Of a stretch of DNA of 64,000 nucleotides, positions 1-9,982 are shown piece after piece; within the stretch, counting starts at the first letter, position 1, and each line of letters starts with the position of its first letter. Source of the DNA: an uncultured bacterium (lineage in GTDB: Bacteria; Fermentibacterota; Fermentibacteria; Fermentibacterales; Fermentibacteraceae); the NCBI GenBank assembly GCA_964564435.1, contig CAZMAT010000002.1, positions 140,002-204,001 of the forward strand, in the 5' to 3' direction. The notes under the pieces are model-generated. The model did no database searches. It had not been told where the DNA came from and was given only the letters and a program-made list of their open reading frames with translations. Position numbers and translations under genes: made by a program.

Positions 1-505
1 TGGAGACGCAGCGGTCGAGGATGCTCTCCTTCTTCTGCACGAAGGCCACCCTTGCCAGGCGGAGCACCCAGTTCCTGTCCTCGGGGTCCAGCCTGGCGAG
101 AGCCGTCAGGGCCGTGAGCACCATGGGATCGTTCTTGTCGGTGGCGCTCTTCAGGAATGCGACGTACTCGCGGCGTGCCTGATCGGGTTTGCTCTGCTCG
201 TCGAAGCAGGTGCCCATGACGAAATGGGCCGAGGCGAAGGAGGGTTCGGCCCTCAGGGCCTTCCTGCTCACGGAAAGGGCCACCATGTGCAGCCCGTCCT
301 TCATGTAGAGCTCGGAAGCCCTGGCGAAGTGCACCAGGGCCTCGTCCTTGCGCTTGAGCTTGAGCAGCACGTCACCCGCGCTGTTGTGGACCGAAGCCTC
401 CTCGGGATCCTCCTTCAGGACGGCCTGGAAGACGCGCAGGGCGCTGTCCAGCTTGCCCTTCTGGAGGAGGTCGTGCGCCTTCTTCTTCAGGGAGATATCG
501 GCCAT
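1..505 (-). CDS. TPR-repeat protein, partial (N-terminal part; gene runs off the window start)
   Basis: ATG at 505..503 sits directly after the hutI stop. Translation MADISLKKKAHDLLQKGKLDSALRVFQAVLKEDPEEASVHNSAGDVLLKLKRKDEALVHFARASELYMKDG... shows TPR-like helical repeats. Confidence 0.55.
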   Translation of the reverse strand, partial: MADISLKKKAHDLLQKGKLDSALRVFQAVLKEDPEEASVHNSAGDVLLKLKRKDEALVHFARASELYMKDGLHMVALSVSRKALRAEPSFASAHFVMGTCFDEQSKPDQARREYVAFLKSATDKNDPMVLTALTALARLDPEDRNWVLRLARVAFVQKKESILDRCVS

Positions 506-1801
506 CTATCGACTGCCCAGCCTTCCGTCCGCCCTGCTCCAGGCGGGTTTCGACGCGGTATGGACCGAGAGAATATCAGGCGCGGCGAGGTGATAGGGTA
601 TCCCCCTGTAGTCGTCCAGGTCCCAGACCGTGAAATCGGCGTCGGCTCCGGGTGCCAGGGTGCCTTTCACGCCGCCGAGTCCGAGCGATGAAGCCGCGTT
701 GGCCGTGGAGGCAACGAGCGCCTCCTCGACGGTGAAGCCGCACCTCGATACCGCGGTGCTGATGATGAAGGGCATGGACGGGCAGTAGCAGCTCCCCGGA
801 TTGAAGTCCGTGGCCAGGGCCACCGAAGCGCCGGCGTCGAGGAATCTCCGGCCGTCCGGGAATGCCAGGCCCAGGTTGAATGCAGTGCCGGGCAGCAGTA
901 TGGCCGTCGTGCCCGAGGCGGCGAGAGCCGCCACGCCGGCGTCTGCCGCAGCCAGGAGGTGGTCTGCGCTGCCCGCGCCGATCCGGGCGGCGAGTTCCGC
1001 CCCTCCGCACGCCGTGAACTCGTCCGCGTGGATCCGCAGACCCAGGCCGGCGTCGGAGGCGGCTCTGAGGAACCTCTCGCTCTGGGCTGCATCGAAGGCG
1101 CCATGCTCGCAGAAGACATCGGCGAAGTCGGCGAGCCTTCTCCCCGCGACGACGGGCAGCACCTCCGAGATCACGAAGGAGATGTAGTCGTCGGGCCTGC
1201 CTTCGTACTCGGGGGGTACGGCATGGGGACCCATGAACGTGGGCACGATGGTCTGGGGCGATGAGCGGGACGCCTCGCGCAGGAGCTCCAGCGCGGCGAT
1301 CTCGCCTTCGAGATCGAGCGAGTACCCGCTCTTGGCCTCGAGGGTCGTGGTGCCGAACCTGAGCATGTCTGCCAGGTGCAAGTCGAGTGCGGCGGCAAGC
1401 GTCTTCCTGTCTGCCGATCGGGTGGACCTCATGGTGGAGGCGATGCCGCCGCCGGCGCCGGCTATCTCCAGGTAGCTCCTGCCTTCGGCGCGCATGGCGT
1501 ACTCGGCCTCGCGGGTGCCTGCGAAGACGGGGTGAGTGTGCGGATCCACGAAGCCGGGCATGACGAGCATGCCGCCTGCATCGAGGGTCACCGCGCCGTG
1601 AGATGCCGTGATTGCGTACCGGAGTTCATCGGTGGAGCCGGTCCAGACGATCCTGCCGCCACGGCAGGCGGCGGCCCCGTCCGTTACCACTCCGAGGAGG
1701 CGTGCGTCTGCGCCACGCCGGGCGGCGGGGCCGCCCGGGATGGTGATCAGCTGGCCCGCGTGTACGAGCAGGAAGTCGGCATCAGGCAACACGCCCTGCA
1801 C
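506..1801 (-). CDS. hutI: imidazolonepropionase (amidohydrolase family)
   Basis: 431 aa; motifs LVMPGFVDPHTHPVFAGTR and IHADE are typical of HutI metal-dependent amidohydrolases. Confidence 0.85.
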   Translation of the reverse strand: MQGVLPDADFLLVHAGQLITIPGGPAARRGADARLLGVVTDGAAACRGGRIVWTGSTDELRYAITASHGAVTLDAGGMLVMPGFVDPHTHPVFAGTREAEYAMRAEGRSYLEIAGAGGGIASTMRSTRSADRKTLAAALDLHLADMLRFGTTTLEAKSGYSLDLEGEIAALELLREASRSSPQTIVPTFMGPHAVPPEYEGRPDDYISFVISEVLPVVAGRRLADFADVFCEHGAFDAAQSERFLRAASDAGLGLRIHADEFTACGGAELAARIGAGSADHLLAAADAGVAALAASGTTAILLPGTAFNLGLAFPDGRRFLDAGASVALATDFNPGSCYCPSMPFIISTAVSRCGFTVEEALVASTANAASSLGLGGVKGTLAPGADADFTVWDLDDYRGIPYHLAAPDILSVHTASKPAWSRADGRLGSR

Positions 1802-1802
1802 A

Positions 1803-2054
1803 TCACTCCGGGAGTACGGAAGCGACCCTCCTGCTGTTCATGGTATGGAACCTGACCACGCCGTCCGCCTTGGCGAACAGGGTGTCGTCGGAACCGATCC
1901 CGACGTTGGTCCCGGGATGGATGGGAGTGCCGCGCTGCCTGAGGATGATCGTGCCGGCGGTGACGAAGCTGCCGGCGGGGGCCTTCACGCCCAGTCTGCG
2001 GCCAGCTGTGTCCCTGCCGTTCCTGGAGCTGGAGCCTGATTTCTTGTGAGCCAT
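1803..2054 (-). CDS. rpmA: 50S ribosomal protein L27
   Basis: 83 aa; [25 protein letters not shown]...[11 protein letters not shown] aligns along its full length with bacterial L27. Confidence 0.9.
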   Translation of the reverse strand: MAHKKSGSSSRNGRDTAGRRLGVKAPAGSFVTAGTIILRQRGTPIHPGTNVGIGSDDTLFAKADGVVRFHTMNSRRVASVLPE

Positions 2055-2065
2055 GAGGCACCTTC

Positions 2066-3676
2066 CTAGTTCTGGCGTACGAGTCTGGCGGATGCCGTCC
2101 CGCTGCCGTCAGTGAGCCTGGCGATGTAGACTCCGGCCGGCACCGGGGCGCCCTCCCCCGTTGTACCGTTCCATGTGATATCGGCACCGCCTGCCGGAAC
2201 ATCGGCGGCGAAGACCGAACGGCCGGTAATATCGAAGATCGTGAGGCTTCCCTCAAGTCCTGTCGAGCAGCCGAGCGAGACAGGCCCGGAGGAGGGATTG
2301 GCCGATGCGGAGATGGCGAGGGAGCCTGCGGCGGGCGTCGAGCCTCCGATGCCCGTGGCGTCGAACACGAAGCTGACCTCGACCCTGGCCGAGGAGCCGA
2401 GCGCCACGTCGGACACGGTCTGGGACGCGAACCCGGATACGGTGGCCGTGATGTCATAGGTCCCGGGGAGGGCCGGCTTGGCGTAGTCGCCCATGGTGAC
2501 GTCGGTGCGGCAGAACATCATCGGCTCGCTGTCGGCCCCGTCGGTTCTGGTGACCTGGATGTTCGCGTCGAGAGGCGTTCCGTAGCTGTTGGTCACGGTG
2601 CCCCAGAAACCGTAGGTACTGTTCACGTAGAAGTCGAGCAGCGCCATGTAGTGCTGCGACGCGAGGAGGGGCCAGTCGGTGTACTGCTTGTCGGAGTGAA
2701 CCTCTATCGTGTGGTCGATCCCGCCGTATTCGCCATAGCTCCAGTCGTTCACGTCGCCGGTGATCACGTACCAGGCCCAGCCCTCGGTGACCCAGAAACC
2801 CGGAACCTGGCACAGGGCCGCGTAGTCGTTCGCCATGGAGACGATCAGGGTCGTGTCCGGGACTGCCGCCGAGGAGTAGTTCCAGACGTAGTTGAAGCAG
2901 GCTTCCCCTCCGTGGAGCGACATGCTGGCGCAGAACGGATTGTGCAGGGAGGTCTGGGCGGGCCATTCCGTCATCGTGATGTCCCTGAGGCGCTGGGTCT
3001 CGGGTTCCGAGAACGGGCCCGATCCGCCGCCCCCGCCGGACTGCCAGTGATAGCTGAGGTTGCGGTTCAGGTCGACGCCGTTGCCGTTGTAGCGGCTGTT
3101 CGAGTAGTAGCCGTCCGGGTTCATCACGGGGATCACCCAGGTCTCGGCCGTCTCCACCACATACTCGCACAGCGGGCTCGTGTCGGCGTTGTCGGCCAGG
3201 TTCCTGAGGTAGTTCAGCGCGACCATGCCCCCGGCCTTCTCGTCACCGTGGATGGCTCCGATCAGGCGGAACTCGGGCTCTATCTCCTCGGTGTCCACGT
3301 TGTCGGAGACGACCACCGCGTAGATGGGCCTCCCGCCGTAGCTCGAGCCGATGTTCTCGAGCCTGCAGATGCCGGGGTTGCGCGCGACTATCGCCTCCAG
3401 GGAATCCGTCACTGCATCGAGCGACGGATAGGGGACGAGCGGCTCCGGCTGGGACACAGCGGCGGGCATGAAGCCCATGCGGAACAGGAGAGCCTCGCCG
3501 TCGGCGTCGACATAGATGCGCGCCCGCGAGTCGCGGACCGACTCGATGTCGAATCCGGCCGCCTCGAGCGCACGGATGTCCGCCGGGCCGACGGGGGCGA
3601 TCCATACCGAGTGGAAGGCGCAGGGCTGGGAGTATGCGGCCTGGAACAGCAGCAAGAGTATGGGCAGGAAACGCAT
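2066..3676 (-). CDS. secreted M14 zinc carboxypeptidase with C-terminal FlgD-Ig/T9SS-like sorting domain
   Basis: Signal peptide [16 protein letters not shown]. The M14 zinc-binding motif appears as [17 protein letters not shown] linker precedes a C-terminal ~80-aa beta-rich domain ([26 protein letters not shown]...GVYIARL). The start is chosen at the internal Met that begins the signal peptide. Confidence 0.75.
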   Translation of the reverse strand: MRFLPILLLLFQAAYSQPCAFHSVWIAPVGPADIRALEAAGFDIESVRDSRARIYVDADGEALLFRMGFMPAAVSQPEPLVPYPSLDAVTDSLEAIVARNPGICRLENIGSSYGGRPIYAVVVSDNVDTEEIEPEFRLIGAIHGDEKAGGMVALNYLRNLADNADTSPLCEYVVETAETWVIPVMNPDGYYSNSRYNGNGVDLNRNLSYHWQSGGGGGSGPFSEPETQRLRDITMTEWPAQTSLHNPFCASMSLHGGEACFNYVWNYSSAAVPDTTLIVSMANDYAALCQVPGFWVTEGWAWYVITGDVNDWSYGEYGGIDHTIEVHSDKQYTDWPLLASQHYMALLDFYVNSTYGFWGTVTNSYGTPLDANIQVTRTDGADSEPMMFCRTDVTMGDYAKPALPGTYDITATVSGFASQTVSDVALGSSARVEVSFVFDATGIGGSTPAAGSLAISASANPSSGPVSLGCSTGLEGSLTIFDITGRSVFAADVPAGGADITWNGTTGEGAPVPAGVYIARLTDGSGTASARLVRQN

Positions 3677-3802
3677 CGCATCGCTCCCGGGTTGGGATGG
3701 GTGAATCAGGATAGACTGTAGTAAAATCGCCCGGGGACCCTGTCCGGTCAAGCTCGGACTTGAAGGAGCCGTGCCGCCAGCTTAGAATGTGGATATCGGG
3801 AT

Positions 3803-3879
3803 CGGGGCGTGGCGCAGCCCGGTAGCGCACCTGCTTTGGGAGCAGGGGGTCGCCGGTTCGAATCCGGCCGCCCCGACCA
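3803..3879 (+). tRNA. tRNA-Pro (anticodon TGG), CCA encoded
   Basis: CGGGGCGTGGCGCAGCCCGGTAGCGCACCTGCTTTGGGAGCAGGGGGTCGCCGGTTCGAATCCGGCCGCCCCGACCA folds as a cloverleaf with anticodon loop TTTGGGA. It is near-identical in architecture to E. coli tRNA-Pro. Confidence 0.9.
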
Positions 3880-4040
3880 CCTCGCCCGCGTCGCGGGCGA
3901 GGCGGAGGCGACAGTGACTTGCGAAGCAAAGTCGCGAGAGCGATCCAGCCAGGAACTCGAATCCCTCGAGGGCTTCCACGCGAACTCGTGTCCGGAGTGA
4001 ACTCCTTCGAGCCGGGTCACTAGCTTGTGGCCTTCAGCGG

Positions 4041-6392
4041 CTACCTGTGCCTCGCACCGGGCTCCGGCGCGGCATTCCAGATGGTGTCGAAGGCGGTCTC
4101 CCACCTGCGCCCGGAGGCCAGCCTCCTCGACTCCTCCGCCATGCGTCCGCGGAGAGCGGGATCTCTGGCCAGGGTCAGGATGGCGTCCGCGAAGCTGCGC
4201 ACATCCCTTCCCCGGGCCACCAGGCCGGTCGCGCCGGGCTCGATGATCTCCATGGGTCCGCCCATGTCCGTGACGACAGCCGGGACGCCCGATGCATGCG
4301 CCTCCAGGACCACGTTCCCGAAGGTGTCCGTGGTGCTGGGGAACACGAAGACGTCGGCCGAGGCATAGGCCCTGGACAGGTCATCGCCCCTGAGGATGCC
4401 GCAGAAATGGCAGCCCATCCCGCTGAGCCTCACCGTGAGCTCTCCCAGGAACGGTCCGTCTCCCACCAGGAACAGCTCGAGTCCGGGGAACTCGCCCCGG
4501 GCGAGCAGGAAGGCCTCCGCCAGGATGTCGAGGTCCTTCTCCCTGGAGATCCGCCCCACGTACACCAGCTTCACGGAACCGGAGGAGCCTCCGAACCTGG
4601 TGAAGAACCCGGGGTCCCTCCATACCGGCGAGAATGTCTCGAGGTCTATCCCCCTGGGGAAGATCGTCATCCTGGACCTCGGGACTCCGAGATTCTCGAG
4701 TTCGGCCATGTAGTACCTGCTGGGAACCATCACCAGATCGGTGGCGGAATAGAACCAGCCCATCGCCGAGGCAGCGAACTCGCCCATATGGCCGTCCTGG
4801 GCTATCTGGTTGACGTGTCTCGGCAGGTCAGTGTGGTAGATGCCCAGGGCCGGGATGCCGAGGAGCTTGGCGATCAGCAGGCCCGAAAGCCCGACGAGGC
4901 CGGGGGTCGAGATGTAGATGGCTTCGAAGTCGTTGTCCTCCACGAACCGGAGCAGTTCCAGGAACGGAGGGATGGAGAGCAGCTTCGATTCGTAAGCGGG
5001 GACCGGGAACTCACGCACCGGCGGGAAGTTGACGACCCAGCCCTCGAAGGACAGAGGCCTTCCCTGGGACGCCACGACTGCCAGGCGCCGTCCGTCCTCG
5101 ACTGCGAGGCGGCTGAACTTCTGCAGCGTCCTCGAGACTCCGTTCAGGTCATCGATCGTATCCGTGAACCAGGCCCTCGCCCCGCTCCCGGGACGGGGCG
5201 GGCAGTCCGGAGTGAGGGCTGCGAACTCGGCAGCCGCCCTGCGCCCCCTTCTCATGTTGAAGAACGACATCGGGTAGGGGGCGTTGAGGAGGAGGACGGG
5301 GATGAGGGCGGAAACGGCCTCGAAGGCCTCGAGGAACTTGCCGTCGGTGATGCGCCTGAACAGCAGGCCGGAGAGGCGGTCCAGGAGCCTGTTCGTGGTG
5401 TTGCTGAAGATCCGGAACGTGCGCTCGTCGATGTCCTCTCCGCGGGGCTCGCCCCTGGCCCAGAGATCCTTCCCGATCTCGAGGAGTTCCTCGAGAATGA
5501 AGCTCTCGGGACCGGGGTCGGGAGACGAGAGGGTCTTGTGGTAGAGGGTGTGCAGGGCGAGATCGGCCTTCTGCCAGAGCGTCGGCTGCCCGGCGCCGCC
5601 CGGCGTGAACATCCCGTCGGCCGCCGCCGAGGCGAAGTGGGGCAGCTTCTGGGCCTGGAGCCTCTCGCGGTAGAACGAGTAGGCGATCGAGTAGATGGAG
5701 TAGGCCGAACGGATGGCCGTCCCGCTCATCCCTCTGGGCACTCCCATCCCGGAGGAGATCTCCGCCAGGTATTCGACCGGACTCCTCGCGGAAGGCACCT
5801 CCGTGCAGGCCTGTCCCACGAACCTCCCGCACCTGTCGTCCGAGCCCCCGATGAAGCCTCCGAAGCCGGGGTCACCCCTGACGAGCCTCACCGCGGGCGC
5901 CACCACGTCGTTCTCTGCCGCGAGCCTGCTCCCGTTGAGGGACTCGACGAGCGGGCACCTCTTCATGACCATGGCGAGCTCGTCGTATGACGGGGCCGGC
6001 CCCTCGGAGTGGAAGGGGTGGGCCAGCGCGAACGGGATCCGCCTGTGCTCGAGGAAGTCCGCGAGGTCCTCGAAACTCTCGCGGAGGCGGCAGAACTCCT
6101 CGTGATCGCCCGGTTCGAAGCCGTAGGCCAGGATGTGCACGACCGCCCTGCTGCCGTGGAGGTAGGTCCTGATCTCCTCGCCCGTGAAGACGCCCGGCTG
6201 GCCGATGATCCTCATCACGCCCTCGATGGTGTTGATGTCGGTGACGGTGACGAAGTCCATCCCCCTCGACCGGGCCTTCTCGTACAGGAGTTCGGGCGGG
6301 GTGAAGCTCTCAGGAGCCTGGAGTGCACGAAGGAACCAGTATCCTGCCGCCTTCGAGTACATCGAGTGCACATGCATGTCGCACCTGGGCAT
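4041..6392 (-). CDS. PHP (polymerase/histidinol-phosphatase) domain fused to GT4 (GT-B) glycosyltransferase
   Basis: 783 aa. The N-terminus is PHP-type: MPRCDMHVHSMYS...GMDFVTVTDINT. The C-terminal ~380 aa is a GT4 fold: KLVYVGRISREKDLDIL...EAHASGVPAVVTDMGGPMEII. Confidence 0.75.
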   Translation of the reverse strand: MPRCDMHVHSMYSKAAGYWFLRALQAPESFTPPELLYEKARSRGMDFVTVTDINTIEGVMRIIGQPGVFTGEEIRTYLHGSRAVVHILAYGFEPGDHEEFCRLRESFEDLADFLEHRRIPFALAHPFHSEGPAPSYDELAMVMKRCPLVESLNGSRLAAENDVVAPAVRLVRGDPGFGGFIGGSDDRCGRFVGQACTEVPSARSPVEYLAEISSGMGVPRGMSGTAIRSAYSIYSIAYSFYRERLQAQKLPHFASAAADGMFTPGGAGQPTLWQKADLALHTLYHKTLSSPDPGPESFILEELLEIGKDLWARGEPRGEDIDERTFRIFSNTTNRLLDRLSGLLFRRITDGKFLEAFEAVSALIPVLLLNAPYPMSFFNMRRGRRAAAEFAALTPDCPPRPGSGARAWFTDTIDDLNGVSRTLQKFSRLAVEDGRRLAVVASQGRPLSFEGWVVNFPPVREFPVPAYESKLLSIPPFLELLRFVEDNDFEAIYISTPGLVGLSGLLIAKLLGIPALGIYHTDLPRHVNQIAQDGHMGEFAASAMGWFYSATDLVMVPSRYYMAELENLGVPRSRMTIFPRGIDLETFSPVWRDPGFFTRFGGSSGSVKLVYVGRISREKDLDILAEAFLLARGEFPGLELFLVGDGPFLGELTVRLSGMGCHFCGILRGDDLSRAYASADVFVFPSTTDTFGNVVLEAHASGVPAVVTDMGGPMEIIEPGATGLVARGRDVRSFADAILTLARDPALRGRMAEESRRLASGRRWETAFDTIWNAAPEPGARHR

Positions 6393-6416
6393 CGCGGCCT
6401 CCTCCCCTTCCCGGAG

Positions 6417-7427
6417 CTATTCGGGGATTATCAGGATTCCCTGGGGGCCGTCGCCAGCCTGGAGAGTGTCGAGGGGCGTCCAGGCATCGGCATCCATCAT
6501 CAGCACGATGTCCGATCCGAAGCTGGTGATGAACAGGGTGTCACCAAGCGCCGCCACCCCGGTGACGTCGAATCCGGCGTTCCTGGTCTCGAAGGAGCCG
6601 GTTTCGTCGTAGATGAACACGTTGCCGGTCATGGACCAGGCATCCCCGGCGGCGAAGCGGTCGCCCAGAAGGCACGGCAGGCACGGATTCCCCCCGGTGG
6701 CGATGGTGACTGCGACATTCGGGATCGACGGATCGATGATCGTCACAACTCCGTCGTCGGCGTATGTAGTGGATGAGGCGTGGATCATCCCCGTCTCCTG
6801 GAAATATCTGAGGGTCATGGTGTTGGGGGGGGTGGGAAGAGTATCGAGCACCTCCCCTGTCGCCGGATCGAGCACGAAAGTGCCCTGCACCGAGGCGTCC
6901 GGGTAGTTCTGGGTGCTGACGAACAGCCTGCCCGATGCGATCGCTATCCCGCTCGCGTTCGGGATTCCGTAGAACTCGTCCGTCACCTCGTGCGTCGAGA
7001 GGTCTATGACGCACACGCAAGGACCGCCGATCGACTCCCCCATCAGGCAGGACACGAAGAGCCTCTCTCCGTCGGTGCAGGCGCAGTAAGGGTTCACCCC
7101 CGCCGGCAGGGAGATCTCGGCTGTGATCTGTCCGGGCTCCGAGGGATCGAAGAAGGAGATCGAGTTCGACAGCGAGTTCACCACGGCGATGCCGCCGTCG
7201 TCGAGCAGGACGATGTCGTTCGGGGCTTCACCGGTCACGAAGGCTCCGAGGATGATGGTGCCGTCCTCGGGGTAGCAGATGTCGACCGTGTAGCCTAGCC
7301 CGTCTATCCAGGCCACCCCGGGACCCGTTCCAGGATCAGAGGGTCCGGTGGTGGAACCGCATCCGGAAACCGTTGCCAGAGAGATTGCAAGGGCGGCGTG
7401 GAGCTTCTTCAACGGAACCCCTCCCAT
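6417..7427 (-). CDS. lipoprotein, beta-propeller (YVTN/NHL-like) repeat protein
   Basis: Signal peptide plus lipobox (LATVSGC). The sequence is repetitive, beta-strand-rich and Gly/Asp/Thr-rich. It overlaps the upstream outer-membrane-receptor gene by 19 nt. Confidence 0.55.
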   Translation of the reverse strand: MGGVPLKKLHAALAISLATVSGCGSTTGPSDPGTGPGVAWIDGLGYTVDICYPEDGTIILGAFVTGEAPNDIVLLDDGGIAVVNSLSNSISFFDPSEPGQITAEISLPAGVNPYCACTDGERLFVSCLMGESIGGPCVCVIDLSTHEVTDEFYGIPNASGIAIASGRLFVSTQNYPDASVQGTFVLDPATGEVLDTLPTPPNTMTLRYFQETGMIHASSTTYADDGVVTIIDPSIPNVAVTIATGGNPCLPCLLGDRFAAGDAWSMTGNVFIYDETGSFETRNAGFDVTGVAALGDTLFITSFGSDIVLMMDADAWTPLDTLQAGDGPQGILIIPE

Positions 7428-9367
7428 TTCAGTTCGGCCGAGAATGTACGGCGGCGGCCGGTATAGCCGTTCGTCTCCTCGTACCGTGCGTCAAGGATGT
7501 TCGTACCGGCGAATGCGATCGAAAGCCCGTCGATCCAGGGGAGCGGAGCGGAGAGCGAAGCCCCTACGAGCGAATAGGCTGGCAGGACGGCGGTGTTGGC
7601 AGCATTGATCCACCTGTCCCCGGTCATCGAGATCGAGAATCCAGGGGTCATTCCCATGAGCGGGGCCTCGACGATGAGGCCAGTTGTGATCCCGGGTCTG
7701 TAGGGGAGCATCATGCCCTCGTTCGTTGATCCCTCGACGGCGTCAGTGATGCGCTGAACGGACATGGAACCCATGGTCCGCAGGAAGGCGGTCCGCACCG
7801 TCCAGGAGAGTTCCATCCCGCGGCGGAGTACCCGGGCGATGTTGCATGGGCTCCAGATGCCCCCGGACGACGGCGTCCAGATGATCAGGTCTTCCGAGAC
7901 GGCGTAGAACACCGAGATGCCGGCGGAAAACGATCCGAGCGAGATCCCCGCGGCCAGGTCGGCCTCGGTCGAGGCTTCAGGAGCGAGATCCTCATTCCCT
8001 TGCGCGAACGGGTCCGAAGGCCAGTAGAGCTCGTTGAACGTCGGCCTCCTGAAGCTCTCTGACAGTACGGCCTCGACCGTTAGCCAGCTCCCGGCGGGAA
8101 GGACCGCTGAAATCCTCGCTCCGGTCCCGGGGCTCTCCCCCGTGGCTGCCTCGGCTCTCGCGGCGGCCGAGAGGAGAAGGGGTCCGGCATATGAGGAGGC
8201 GAGCACGCCTATCGAGGAGATGGTCCTCCCCCTGGAACCGAGGGCCGTTCCACCCGCCCACTCCCTCCGGAGGTCGGCCGAGGCCTCGATGGTCAGAGGC
8301 AGGTCTGAAGGAGAGAAGGTGACGGCTGCTTCTGCAGCGCCTTCGCTGTGGGTGTCACGGGTGGAATCGGGAGAGTCGGAGATGTAGCGGATGCCACCGG
8401 TGTGGATGGATCCCTCGGCAGAGAATCCGGCGCCCATGCCGAAGGCGATCCAGGAGTCGAGGGAGGAGCGGTTCGTCGAGGCATCGGAGGGCGACCAGTC
8501 AGGGCTTTCCACTTCGCCGGAGGCACTCGTAACCAGCGTGCCGACGGAGAATGCCCCCCTGGACGCACTGAACAGGGCGCCGCCGGCGCGGCCGCGCCCG
8601 CCCGACGGTCCGGTAGGCGATGAGAAGGAGCATGAGAGCCGAGAGAACCCACCGATGGGGCTCGATGCGCCGGCCCAGAGTCCCGCCCTCGAATCTCCTC
8701 CCGCGAAGACCGATGGCGGATCGTCCGGCGCGGCGGTGGCTAGCTCGACTGTTCCTGCCAGCCCACCGTCGCTGAAGGCGGACCCGCCGCCCCTGGCCAA
8801 GCGCATGGAGGAGAAGAGCCCCTTGAACATGCAGACCGCCGGGGTGCCGTCCATGGAGCTGCGGATCCTGTGGCCGTCGATGCTCCAGCCGATCTGCGAC
8901 GGGTCGGAGCCTCTCAGGGAGACCGAGAGGACCGATACCGCCCCCCCGTACTCGCGCACGACCACTCCCGGTGAGAGTATCTCTATTCCGTGAGCCCCCG
9001 GCATGCCGGGAGACGGGATCCCCGCAGCTTCCACATCCGAGACGGCCAGTCCCTGCGAGGCGGCGGAGGGCCTTCTCGCCGTCACCGGTATGAGCACACC
9101 GCTCGGAAGGGCATCGGGAAGCAGGATTATCCCGCCATCCCACGGGACCATGCCGCTCCATGGCTCGTAGCCCATCGCGCTGACGCGGGCGGTGTCGCCC
9201 GGCATCACCGGCCCGGTGAAGCTGCCGTCGGGGCCGCTCATCGAGACGATGCCCCCGGTCTCGAGGGCCGCTCCGGCGACAGGGGAGCCCGATGGATCGA
9301 GCGCGCGTACGGGCCGGGAGTCAACCCCGGCCGCCGTGATCACCGCGATGATGGGCAGGATGAACAA
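7409..9367 (-). CDS. TonB-dependent receptor-like outer-membrane protein with N-terminal carboxypeptidase-regulatory-like domain
   Basis: 652 aa. Signal peptide, then a CarboxypepD_reg-like segment (GSPVAGAALETGGIVSMSGPDGSFTG). A plug-like motif follows: GAVSVLSVSLRGSDPSQIGWSIDGHRI. The long Gly/Ser-rich barrel region ends ...AELKWEGFR, with a C-terminal aromatic residue. Confidence 0.6.
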   Translation of the reverse strand: MFILPIIAVITAAGVDSRPVRALDPSGSPVAGAALETGGIVSMSGPDGSFTGPVMPGDTARVSAMGYEPWSGMVPWDGGIILLPDALPSGVLIPVTARRPSAASQGLAVSDVEAAGIPSPGMPGAHGIEILSPGVVVREYGGAVSVLSVSLRGSDPSQIGWSIDGHRIRSSMDGTPAVCMFKGLFSSMRLARGGGSAFSDGGLAGTVELATAAPDDPPSVFAGGDSRAGLWAGASSPIGGFSRLSCSFSSPTGPSGGRGRAGGALFSASRGAFSVGTLVTSASGEVESPDWSPSDASTNRSSLDSWIAFGMGAGFSAEGSIHTGGIRYISDSPDSTRDTHSEGAAEAAVTFSPSDLPLTIEASADLRREWAGGTALGSRGRTISSIGVLASSYAGPLLLSAAARAEAATGESPGTGARISAVLPAGSWLTVEAVLSESFRRPTFNELYWPSDPFAQGNEDLAPEASTEADLAAGISLGSFSAGISVFYAVSEDLIIWTPSSGGIWSPCNIARVLRRGMELSWTVRTAFLRTMGSMSVQRITDAVEGSTNEGMMLPYRPGITTGLIVEAPLMGMTPGFSISMTGDRWINAANTAVLPAYSLVGASLSAPLPWIDGLSIAFAGTNILDARYEETNGYTGRRRTFSAELKWEGFR

Positions 9368-9825
9368 ACCGCCTCCTCCGCTTTCGGTGCGGATGGAGGC
9401 GGACCCGGGGATCCCCCTGGAGCGGAGGGATCGTTCCCGCTGTCACGCGGCGCAGTATCCTGGCTTCCGGATCATCCCCTTCCCGGCCTTCCCGCCCATC
9501 CGGGCAGTGGCAGCTATCGGTTCGGGTCCCCGGTCACAGTGGCGCCACCGCGGCGGATTCACACCGCCTTCCTGCACCCGCACGGGCTATTGATCGGGCA
9601 GGGCGGGCCGGCTGTCAAGGCGGGGGCAGGCAGGGGAAGAACACCGATGGACGGGATCAGCTGCAAGCAGCAGGGAGGTCACGGGCCGGCAGCAGTCGGA
9701 GCACGAACATCGAGGGATCAGCGAAGAGTAGACAGGAAGGACTGTTGGTCAGCAGCAAGCGACGAGCGATGAAACATGGATCTACAGGATGGACAGGATC
9801 AGCGGGCATGTCGACGGTCCCATGC

Positions 9826-9982
9826 GGTCCCGACGGAGGCCTTCCAGAATTCTCTCGGGACGTCCCCGCCGGAAGCCATGGCCAGACCCTGGGAGTATTG
9901 ATGGTTCTATCAGGTCCCGACAGAAGCCTTCCAGAATTCTCTCGGGACGTCCCCGCCGGAAGCCATGGCAAGACCCTGGGAG
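9826..9982. repeat. tandem direct repeat, 2 x 70 nt (period 87 nt), duplicating the 3' end of the FAD-oxidoreductase gene
   Basis: Copy 1 (9826..9895) and copy 2 (9913..9982) differ at 3 positions. Copy 2 encodes the last 23 codons (AMASGGDVPREFWKASVGT*). Copy 1 lies just past the stop codon. Confidence 0.85.

Noticed and set aside
4047-5990. 647-aa plus-strand ORF
   Set aside because: Antisense to the PHP-GT4 gene; low-complexity Gly/Arg/Glu-rich.
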